64,000 nucleotides of DNA from Dehalococcoidia bacterium (GTDB taxonomy: Bacteria; Chloroflexota; Dehalococcoidia; UBA2979), in contig JAQWMB010000027.1 of assembly GCA_029246995.1 (NCBI GenBank), positions 40,922 through 104,921 of the forward strand, read 5' to 3'. Below the pieces are notes generated by a model that was given only the letters and a program-made list of their open reading frames with translations, searched no databases and was not told the origin of the DNA. Positions within the stretch are counted from its first letter, which is position 1. Each line of letters starts with the position of its first letter. A program made the position numbers and the translations under genes. Positions 39,261-46,950 of the stretch are shown piece by piece.

Positions 39261-40694
39261 TTGTATTGTCTTAAAAAAATTATTATCATTCTGTTTGTAA
39301 TTTTAAATCTAATTCCATTGCATTTGAATGCAGAATCAAATTCAGATTATGATTCTAATATTATGCATAGCATAAAGAACCCTATTAGATTAGTCGATTC
39401 GCTTCAAGTACATAGTACAGATCCAAGATTAATTACTTTTACTTTATCATCAAGCAAGTCAGATCAAATTACTTCTGCCAGGTTATTCTATGTATTACCA
39501 AACCCTGCTCCCAATGAAGTTGATATTATATTTGATGAAAATGGCAGTATTCAGTCAACAAGTCAATTATCTTGGGGTGATTTTACTTCTGAAAAAGCTT
39601 TTATTGTAAATATTGATTCTAATAAAGGTACTTCTGATAATGTTTTTATTCCTGTTGGCTCTTTAATAACTTATTACTGGGAATTTGTTGATTCAAATAG
39701 CGTGACTTATCAAACACCAAGTTATGAGTTTGTTTTTCTTGATGGACAATATAGATGGAACGTCATTGAAGATTCAAAGAACATCAAGCTCTATCATTAT
39801 GGAAATAGAGACAGGTTGGTAAATAAATCTTATAGTGAAGCAATAAAAGTTGTGGACGACACAGCTTCTTTCATTGATTTTAATTTGAACTTTCCGATTA
39901 GAATCATATATTATCGTAATAATGTAGATGCAAAACTTGCTGTACCTCCAGCAAGTTCTAATTATAGTAAAAAAACTGTCACTCAAGGAGTTAAGTATAA
40001 GACTGATGTTATTCATCAGTATGATGAAAATTATGTGACCATTAGACATGAAGTCACACACATTCTTACGAAGATTGCTGGGGCTGGCATATTTTCTAAT
40101 CTACCGTTTTGGGTAGATGAAGGATTAGCAGTCTATATGTCTGGATCTAATGAAAAATATAATCAAATAGAATCATATATTATTCGGAATGAAAAAGCAT
40201 TAAGACTTTCGTCAATCCAAGGCAAGCCAGGGACACCCGAAATGGTTGATTTGTTTTACGCTCAATCATACTCACTAACAAAATATTTAATTGATGAGAA
40301 AGGAATAGAAAAATATAAAGATTTTTTTAGTAAACTTAAAGCTGATTTGGGAATTGAGAAAGCATTATTATTAGTCTATGGGCTTAATCAAGATACATTA
40401 TATCTTGAATGGAGAGAATTTCATAATATGCTTCCTGTTGAGCTTGATAAATTAAGTACAAATACTAATCAGTCAGCAATACCTACAATTGTGCCTCTTA
40501 CCACACCAAAAATATTGAAAGCTCAACCATCTACAAAAATTAATCAGAATATTTCTACTCAACAAGAGAATGCTTTAGATCAAAAAAAATCCTCTGTCTT
40601 TTCAGTTATACAAGATAATATACTTTTTATTTTAGTTGGCTTAATGATTAGCGTCATAATGTATAAATTAATCGGTTATTTATGGAAAGATTGA
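39261..40694 (+). CDS. secreted, C-terminally anchored peptidase MA-like zinc metalloprotease (peptidase_MA_2-like)
   Basis: Signal peptide ending LHLNA-ES; HEVTHIL (HExxH) plus downstream WVDEGLAVY; C-terminal TM segment ILFILVGLMISVIMYKLIGYLW. TTG start after AAGGAA. Confidence 0.7.
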   Translation: MYCLKKIIIILFVILNLIPLHLNAESNSDYDSNIMHSIKNPIRLVDSLQVHSTDPRLITFTLSSSKSDQITSARLFYVLPNPAPNEVDIIFDENGSIQSTSQLSWGDFTSEKAFIVNIDSNKGTSDNVFIPVGSLITYYWEFVDSNSVTYQTPSYEFVFLDGQYRWNVIEDSKNIKLYHYGNRDRLVNKSYSEAIKVVDDTASFIDFNLNFPIRIIYYRNNVDAKLAVPPASSNYSKKTVTQGVKYKTDVIHQYDENYVTIRHEVTHILTKIAGAGIFSNLPFWVDEGLAVYMSGSNEKYNQIESYIIRNEKALRLSSIQGKPGTPEMVDLFYAQSYSLTKYLIDEKGIEKYKDFFSKLKADLGIEKALLLVYGLNQDTLYLEWREFHNMLPVELDKLSTNTNQSAIPTIVPLTTPKILKAQPSTKINQNISTQQENALDQKKSSVFSVIQDNILFILVGLMISVIMYKLIGYLWKD

Positions 40695-40696
40695 AT

Positions 40697-41506
40697 TTAT
40701 TCTTGGCCAGGTAAAATTAATTTACTAGCATTTTCTTGATTATTTGCCTGTGCCCCTTGCATTTTTTTTGCTTCTTCTTCACTAATATACGGCATAGATG
40801 GATTATCGAGCTTTAGTATAATATCTGCATTACCTGAAGAAACTTTACTTATTTGCTCACATAATTCTTTTTCTTCTAACCCACCTTCTATTCTTGATGT
40901 ATTAATTTCAATTGTAGGAATTTTAGTAATATTTTTATTTTTTGCAAGAATTGGGAATTCAGACATCTCATATATATTAAGATGCACTTTTTTAGAAAGT
41001 ATTACAATATTAGCCAAGATGATCATTTGATTTGTTGAAAGATTTTCAAAAGGAGATACATATAGATTAATATTAGTGTCGTTCTCTATTTCATTAATGA
41101 TTTTTTGGTTTTCTTCACCTAAAACTGGCATCCCATTTCCTAAGGTAATTAATATATCTAGAAAAGCAGGGAATAATGAGCCCCACCAGAATCCTATAAA
41201 TTTAATTTTTCTTGCATTACCGCGTAAAATTGTTGTTGGAACATGTTCTATGTTTTCTTCTAAGGCTCTATCTGAGTGTTTTTCAATATCGTAATAAGTA
41301 ATAGAAATACCTGGATGTAAATTACTAATGTCTCTTGAAACATTTTTTACGTCTTCGCAGTGAGTACATTCATCTTGGTCAATACGTGCAATTCTTGCTT
41401 GGCCTTGCAACCATACATCTAAACTCACTTGACCCATTAAAGATGAGGCAAGATGATTAAAAATTCCTTGTTTGATTTGGCTATCTAACAATTTTATCCT
41501 TTTCAA
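40697..41506 (-). CDS. thioredoxin-fold protein, protein-disulfide-oxidoreductase (PDO/glutaredoxin-like) type with a single CxxC
   Basis: CTHC redox motif in the first Trx-like unit. The second unit has SPFE where a second CxxC would be expected. TTG start overlapping the upstream gene by 26 nt. Confidence 0.55.
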   Translation of the reverse strand: MKRIKLLDSQIKQGIFNHLASSLMGQVSLDVWLQGQARIARIDQDECTHCEDVKNVSRDISNLHPGISITYYDIEKHSDRALEENIEHVPTTILRGNARKIKFIGFWWGSLFPAFLDILITLGNGMPVLGEENQKIINEIENDTNINLYVSPFENLSTNQMIILANIVILSKKVHLNIYEMSEFPILAKNKNITKIPTIEINTSRIEGGLEEKELCEQISKVSSGNADIILKLDNPSMPYISEEEAKKMQGAQANNQENASKLILPGQE

Positions 41507-42044
41507 TTAATTGCTTTATTCCAGAGATTAATCTAATTAATACTGTAAAACCACTAAGGATAATGATTATTGTTAAAAAAAATAAATATTGTTGAGTTAT
41601 TATTGCTAATAATAAAAGAATTATTCTTGGTAGTCTACTTAGTGGCCCTGATTTTATTTTAATTCCTAAGACTTCTGAGCTTGCTTTTATATAAGAAGTA
41701 ATTAAGGATAATGCAAGACTAATAAATACGAAGTAAATCTCAGATATTTCATTATGGTTGATTTGGCTTAGTATTGCTAAAAACAGTGATGTATCAACAA
41801 ATCTATCAAGGTTAGAATCTAAAAATTTCCCCAAATATGTTTCTTTATTTTGGATTCTAGCAATTGTGCCATCAATTGCATCAAAAAAACTGAAAAATAT
41901 TATAAAAATTATAGCAAGTATTCTTAGATCTAATATTAATAAAATAGAGCCAGTAATTGCTCCAATTGAACCAATTATAGTAATAATGTTGGGGTTTAAA
42001 TCTGTACTTAAAATTAAATTATGGAGAGACTTTTTTAAATACAT
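41481..42044 (-). CDS. CDP-alcohol phosphatidyltransferase family protein
   Basis: DAIDGTIARIQNKETYLGKFLDSNLDRFVD matches D-x2-DG-x2-AR-x8-G-x3-D-x3-D; 187 aa, multi-TM. Confidence 0.85.
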   Translation of the reverse strand: MYLKKSLHNLILSTDLNPNIITIIGSIGAITGSILLILDLRILAIIFIIFFSFFDAIDGTIARIQNKETYLGKFLDSNLDRFVDTSLFLAILSQINHNEISEIYFVFISLALSLITSYIKASSEVLGIKIKSGPLSRLPRIILLLLAIITQQYLFFLTIIIILSGFTVLIRLISGIKQLIEKDKIVR

Positions 42045-42095
42045 TTAATATCTTTCTTAATTTTATTTTAATACAGTTATTATATCTCAAAAATA

Positions 42096-43028
42096 TTATT
42101 CGAATAATACCTTGAATGGTTTTAATAATTGTTTTTGTGAATCAAATTTGACAATTCCTAATAGAACATTATTTTGATTAAAGCAGCTATAAAATTGTTC
42201 TAAGTCTGCATGATGCAAACTGAATTCGCTATTGACTTGGATAAAATTACCATTGATCATTTTTTGTTCATCACTGTTATTAAGATGTATTTCAGGAAAT
42301 TTAAGCATTGTTTTCATAGGAATGATATAATTTTTGAAATTTGTTGCATCATTCTCAATTTCTTCTATTGAATGTGCATTTTTTATATCAAAATCTGCTA
42401 CAGAGGTCCGTTGGAGTTTGTCTAGAGTGGCAACCGTATTACATTCTTTACCTAAATCTTTTGCAAATGATCGTACATAAAAACCAGATGAACATTCAAT
42501 TTCTACTTCAACCTTTGGCCCAATATTGTTGCTTTGTATAAATTTTATTACTTTTATATTTTTTACATTAATTTTTCTTGCAGATAATTTTGGTATTTCT
42601 CCATTTCTTGCTATTTGATAAGCTCTTTTACCTGATACTTTTATTGCACTAAATGCAGGAGGAGTTTGTAAAATATCACCAATAAATATTTCGATTTTTT
42701 CTCTAATTATTTCTTCAGTAATATGTTTTGCATTTTTTGTACTTATGACATTACCTGTAGTATCTAAGGAATCTGTTTCTATACCAAACTGAATTATTGC
42801 TTTATATTTTTTTTGTTCACGTAATATAAATTCAATTAATCTTGTTGCTTTACCAAAAGCAATAGGCAAGACACCTTCTGCAGCAGGGTCTAAGGTACCT
42901 ATATGCCCAATTTTTTTGTTATTAAAAATTTTTTTAAGTGGCAATGTTGTTTTGACTGAAGAGATATTTTTTTGTTTATATAAGTTAATAAAACCACTAT
43001 TTAGGTTATCAATTTGAATTAATGAAAT
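42096..43028 (-). CDS. truB: tRNA pseudouridine(55) synthase; start codon non-canonical/uncertain (ATT 43028, 43019 or 43013, ATA 43043; first canonical codon is TTG 42944)
   Basis: KKIGHIGTLDPAAEG holds the catalytic Asp motif. The conserved N-terminal SGFINLYKQKNISSV is encoded in frame upstream of the first canonical start. Confidence 0.85.
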   Translation of the reverse strand: MSLIQIDNLNSGFINLYKQKNISSVKTTLPLKKIFNNKKIGHIGTLDPAAEGVLPIAFGKATRLIEFILREQKKYKAIIQFGIETDSLDTTGNVISTKNAKHITEEIIREKIEIFIGDILQTPPAFSAIKVSGKRAYQIARNGEIPKLSARKINVKNIKVIKFIQSNNIGPKVEVEIECSSGFYVRSFAKDLGKECNTVATLDKLQRTSVADFDIKNAHSIEEIENDATNFKNYIIPMKTMLKFPEIHLNNSDEQKMINGNFIQVNSEFSLHHADLEQFYSCFNQNNVLLGIVKFDSQKQLLKPFKVLFE

Positions 43029-43029
43029 T

Positions 43030-43386
43030 TTACTGCTCGCTATCTATATTCGGTAATTCTTTAATTAGATTGTCAATTTTATCTATTTGAAATTTTGTAT
43101 TGTCTAAAATAAAATTTAATTTAGGAATTTTTTTCATTCTAACTTCTTGATTTAGTTCTTTTCTTAAAAATCCTTCTGATTTTTGAAGAATACTAATAAT
43201 CTTTTCCTCATTATTATCTGGAACACTGCTTATATAAACTTTTGCTAAACTCAAGTCTTTTGTTATCTCAACGCCTGTAACAGAAATGAGATAGTTGTTC
43301 AAAAAAGGATTTTTAATTTTCTTTTGTATAATGTCGGCTATTACTTTTTGAACGAGTACGCCGATTTGTTCTGTGCGGCGTGACAT
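43030..43386 (-). CDS. rbfA: ribosome-binding factor A
   Basis: MSRRTEQIGVLVQKVIADII start preceded by AAGGAG. The ORF-track start at 43491 would overlap infB by 89 nt. Confidence 0.9.
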   Translation of the reverse strand: MSRRTEQIGVLVQKVIADIIQKKIKNPFLNNYLISVTGVEITKDLSLAKVYISSVPDNNEEKIISILQKSEGFLRKELNQEVRMKKIPKLNFILDNTKFQIDKIDNLIKELPNIDSEQ

Positions 43387-43402
43387 TTGTTGACTCCTTT
43401 GA

Positions 43403-45292
43403 TTATATTTCTCTTTTTTGTTCGTTGATTTGAAATGCAATAATCTGATCATTTTCTTCAAAGTTATTAAAATTTGATAACTTAATACCACATTCTATGC
43501 CTGCATTTACTTCTGAAACATCATCGGATTCTCGCTTGATATTTGCTATTTTTGATTGCCCAACTACTTCATCATTTCTTATAATTTTTACATTGTCGCC
43601 TTTGTTTATTTTGCCTTCTGCAACGTATGATCCTGCTATTACTTCAGTTTTATCTATTTTAAAAATTTTTCTAACTTCTAATTTACCAACTTCATTTGTA
43701 GTTATTATGGGTCCAAGGACATCATTAATAAGAATCTCAATTGATTCCCTTAAATCATAGATTATATCAAAAGTGGTAATCGAAACTTTTTCTTGCTCAG
43801 CTAATTTTTCAGCACCAATTTCAGTTCTTGAGTTGAATCCCAGTATTGCGCTCTTTGATACTGAAGCTAAGCTAACATCTGACTCATTAATTGAACCAAT
43901 GCTTGCTTCAATGATATTAATCGTTAAATCTTCTTTTTTAAAAGTATCAATAGTTTTTAATATTGGCTCTATCGTTCCCTGTGTATCAGACTTAATAATT
44001 AAGTTAAGGGACTTAATTTCTTCATTATCATTATCATTCACTGAAGTTACCTCAGAAGTAATAGCAGTATTTTTTAAAGTATCCTTGTCTTGTATTCTAT
44101 TTGCTTTCTCAATAATTTTTTTAGCTTCCTTTTCAGATTTAATAATTTTAAATTTTTCACCTGCTTTTGGCATTTCAGAAAGACCTGAAATGATTATTGG
44201 TTCTGATGGACCTGCAGATTGTATATTTTCTCCACGATCGTTTATCATTGATTTTACTTTACCGTAGGTATTTTCAGTAATCATGATATCCCCTTTATGA
44301 AGAGTTCCATTTTGAATTATGATCGTTGAAAGTATGCCTTGATTTTTATGCATTCTTGCTTCAAGAATTATTCCTTCAGCATTGTCACTAATATTGGCTT
44401 TTAGTTCCTGTAGATCAGCTATAAGTTGAGTTGTTTCCAATAATTCATCAATACCCTTACCAGTCAATGCTGAAATATTTACAACCACTAAGTCTCCGCC
44501 ATATTCTTCAGGGGTGAGACTTAGTTCCATTAGTTGCTGCTTTACTCTATCTGTTGAAATATCTTTTAAATCAGTTTTATTAATTGCTGCAATCATTGGA
44601 ATTTCTGCTTCTTTTATAAAATTAATTACTTCTTTTGTCTGTGGCATGATTCCGTCATCAGCAGCAATTACTACAATAGCAACATCAGTAATTTGCGCAC
44701 CTCTTTTTCTCATATTCGTAAATGCTGCATGTCCAGGAGTATCAATAAAAGTTATTAGTCTGCCATCAGGTGATTTTGCTTGGTAGGCACCAATACTTTG
44801 AGTTATGTTACCCACTTCACTGCTAACTATGTTTGATTGTCTAATATTATCTAAAAGAGTAGTTTTTCCATGGTCTACGTGCCCAAGCACAGTAACTACT
44901 GGATGCCTAGGAATTGCATCAGCTGATTCTTGTATGTTAATTCTCAGTGATTTAAAAGCACCTTGCTTGTCTTGAGAGTCATCTAACTGATTTTCATCTA
45001 AAGTATTATTATCTTTTTCAACTGCCTGATATCCTAGATCAGAAATCACAATTGCTGCAGTATCAAAATCAATTACTTGGTTAATAGTTGCCATTACTCC
45101 ATTTTTCATTAATTCTTTGATTAATTCGATAGAACTAATATTTAATTGTTCAGCAAGTTCCTTAACAGTGATAGTATCAGGAATTGTGATTGTTTTGATT
45201 GAATCATTCATTTCTGTTATGCCATCAGTTTCAGTTATACCATCAGCTTCTGTCATACCATCAGTTTCTGTCATATTTTCAGTTTCTGTCAT
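43403..45292 (-). CDS. infB: translation initiation factor IF-2
   Basis: G-domain GHVDHGKTTLLD, DTPGH, NKTD. ATG 45292 follows AGAGGAAAAT, 13 nt after the nusA stop. The N-terminus holds hexapeptide repeats. Confidence 0.95.
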   Translation of the reverse strand: MTETENMTETDGMTEADGITETDGITEMNDSIKTITIPDTITVKELAEQLNISSIELIKELMKNGVMATINQVIDFDTAAIVISDLGYQAVEKDNNTLDENQLDDSQDKQGAFKSLRINIQESADAIPRHPVVTVLGHVDHGKTTLLDNIRQSNIVSSEVGNITQSIGAYQAKSPDGRLITFIDTPGHAAFTNMRKRGAQITDVAIVVIAADDGIMPQTKEVINFIKEAEIPMIAAINKTDLKDISTDRVKQQLMELSLTPEEYGGDLVVVNISALTGKGIDELLETTQLIADLQELKANISDNAEGIILEARMHKNQGILSTIIIQNGTLHKGDIMITENTYGKVKSMINDRGENIQSAGPSEPIIISGLSEMPKAGEKFKIIKSEKEAKKIIEKANRIQDKDTLKNTAITSEVTSVNDNDNEEIKSLNLIIKSDTQGTIEPILKTIDTFKKEDLTINIIEASIGSINESDVSLASVSKSAILGFNSRTEIGAEKLAEQEKVSITTFDIIYDLRESIEILINDVLGPIITTNEVGKLEVRKIFKIDKTEVIAGSYVAEGKINKGDNVKIIRNDEVVGQSKIANIKRESDDVSEVNAGIECGIKLSNFNNFEENDQIIAFQINEQKREI

Positions 45293-45293
45293 A
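45222..45293 (-). repeat. 4 x 18-bp tandem repeat (plus a degenerate fifth at 45204-45221) inside the 5' end of infB
   Basis: Plus-strand units are ccatcagtttcagttata / ccatcagcttctgtcata / ccatcagtttctgtcata / ttttcagtttctgtcata. They encode MTETEN MTETDG MTEADG ITETDG ITEMND. Confidence 0.9.
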
Positions 45294-45305
45294 TTTTCCT
45301 CTTTG

Positions 45306-46790
45306 TTAATCTTCTTTAAACATATCGAGATATTCTGAATATTCCTCTTCATCAGAGTTTTCATCAAGAGAATTTCTCTTAGCTTTTCTCTTTTTTACTT
45401 TGGTTTTCTTAGGATCATCAATGCGGTTGACATCTCTTATCTCTTCAGCAAATCTTATTCCTGCTTTTTCTGATTGTTCTTTAGTAGATTCTTTATCATC
45501 ATTGTTATCATTTGTTGCTAGACCAATACTATCTTTTTGATCTGGTGTCGTGTATTGCTGAATGATCTCTTGTTCAGGTGTTAAACGTGCAGATTGTGAT
45601 TGTTGTTCAGATTCAGCACTAATATTTTCATCTAAGGCACCAGTGTCATCTTGTGATTTTAATGCTTGAACTTCTAATACTTCATCTTCCAGTATAGCTG
45701 ATAAATTAGGTACAGGTGGCGGAATTAAATCTTCACCAGCATTAATTAATGCACTTTCTCCTTGTAAGTCTATAGTATAGCCAGTTAAGTAAGCTGCTAA
45801 TGTAGCATTTTCTCCATTTCTTCCAATAGCTAAAGATAATTGTTTATCTGGGACTGCTACAAAAGCAGTTCTAGTTTTTTCTTCAATATTCACAGAAACA
45901 ATTTCAGCAGGACTTAGCGCGCTTGTAACATATGCTGCAATGTTGGGCTCCCAACGAATTAAGTCAATTCTTTCACCATTTAAATCATTAATAATATTTT
46001 GTATCCTGGAACCTCTCATGCCTACAACTGAACCAATTGGGTCAATGCCAATTTGGTTTGCAATAAGAGCAACCTTTGTTCTTTTTCCTGCAATACGAGA
46101 TACAGCCATAATTTTGATAATACCTTTACTAATTTCTGGGACTTCAATCTCAAGTAATTTTTTTACAAGATCGCTGGATTTTCTAGAAAGAATAATTTGA
46201 GGTCCTTTTGATATTTTATTAACATCTTTAATGTATAGTTTAATTCTTTGGCCTGATCTGTAATGTTCATTTCGTATTTGTTCACCCTGGGGGATGATGC
46301 CTTCAGCCTTGCCTATATCAACTATTACATTTCTTGATTGGTCAATTCTAATAATTGTTCCACTTACTAGTTCACCAATTTGCTGGCTATATTCTTCGTG
46401 TACAGTATTTCGTTCTGCTTCTCTAATTCTTTGTAATACTACTTGCTTAGTAGTTTGAGCAGCTATTCTACCAAGATTTTTATTTTGAATGACTTTTTCT
46501 TTTATTTCTTCGCCAATTTTTGCTTTTGTATGTCCCATTTTTGATGCACGTTCAGGTGATACTTCAATTTCATCATCTTCTATGTCATCATCATCCATTA
46601 CTGCATATAATCTTGTTATTTCAATTTCTCCACTTTCTTTATTAATGGATACTTCTAGATTTGCATATTGCAGTTCATCTTTTTTAAACGCAGATGCCAT
46701 TGCTGCTTCAACGGCAATAAAGACAGTTTCTGGATCTAAATTTTTTTCCTTCGATAGTTGCTTTATTGCAGATACAAAATTTTCAGACAT
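45306..46790 (-). CDS. nusA: transcription termination/antitermination factor NusA with a long charged C-terminal tail
   Basis: N-terminal MSENFVSAIKQLSKEKNL, S1 and two KH regions (GMRGSRIQNI, AIGRNGENA). A low-complexity acidic/basic tail of about 150 aa follows. Confidence 0.95.
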   Translation of the reverse strand: MSENFVSAIKQLSKEKNLDPETVFIAVEAAMASAFKKDELQYANLEVSINKESGEIEITRLYAVMDDDDIEDDEIEVSPERASKMGHTKAKIGEEIKEKVIQNKNLGRIAAQTTKQVVLQRIREAERNTVHEEYSQQIGELVSGTIIRIDQSRNVIVDIGKAEGIIPQGEQIRNEHYRSGQRIKLYIKDVNKISKGPQIILSRKSSDLVKKLLEIEVPEISKGIIKIMAVSRIAGKRTKVALIANQIGIDPIGSVVGMRGSRIQNIINDLNGERIDLIRWEPNIAAYVTSALSPAEIVSVNIEEKTRTAFVAVPDKQLSLAIGRNGENATLAAYLTGYTIDLQGESALINAGEDLIPPPVPNLSAILEDEVLEVQALKSQDDTGALDENISAESEQQSQSARLTPEQEIIQQYTTPDQKDSIGLATNDNNDDKESTKEQSEKAGIRFAEEIRDVNRIDDPKKTKVKKRKAKRNSLDENSDEEEYSEYLDMFKED

Positions 46791-46852
46791 TTTAAATTCC
46801 TAACATTTTAAATTCAAAAGATTTAAAAAAATACTTTAGAGAAATCTATAAT

Positions 46853-46880
46853 AAAAAAGACGTGGGCTTTTCCCCACGTC
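46853..46880 (-). terminator. rho-independent terminator downstream of proS
   Basis: On the minus strand: GACGTGGG-GAAAAG-CCCACGTC (8-bp GC-rich stem, 6-nt loop) followed by TTTTTT. It lies 70 nt after the proS stop and upstream of nusA. Confidence 0.8.
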
Positions 46881-46950
46881 TCCAGTGTTGAGACTTCTTT
46901 GAATTAATTTTATCATTTGATTAATTTGACTACAACTGTATTTGGACAAC

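Noticed and set aside
43387-43491. ORF-track extension of rbfA overlapping the infB 3' end
   Set aside because: The conserved RbfA N-terminus (MSRRTEQI...) begins at ATG 43386 with AAGGAG upstream. The extension is unconserved.
43773-44267. 164-aa antisense ORF inside infB. Similar cases lie at 49867..50274 in rseP, 11694..12080 across the MaoC pair, 18579..18932 in aroA, 13480..13824, 3899..4237, 2965..3282, 16373..16693, 27164..27496 and 46489..46803
   Set aside because: All lie wholly inside strongly supported conserved genes on the other strand. They have hydrophobic or low-complexity products and no ribosome-binding sites. These are typical frame shadows.
45222-45293. Tandem repeat considered as a possible mini CRISPR or satellite
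   Set aside because: Units abut with no spacers. They are in frame within infB and translate to a hexapeptide repeat. No cas genes are present.
45293-45367. ORF-track N-terminal extension of infB (MMKTLMKRNIQNISICLKKINKEEN) overlapping nusA by 62 nt
   Set aside because: ATG 45292 has a good SD (AGAGGA) and lies just after the nusA stop. The extension has no IF2-like sequence.
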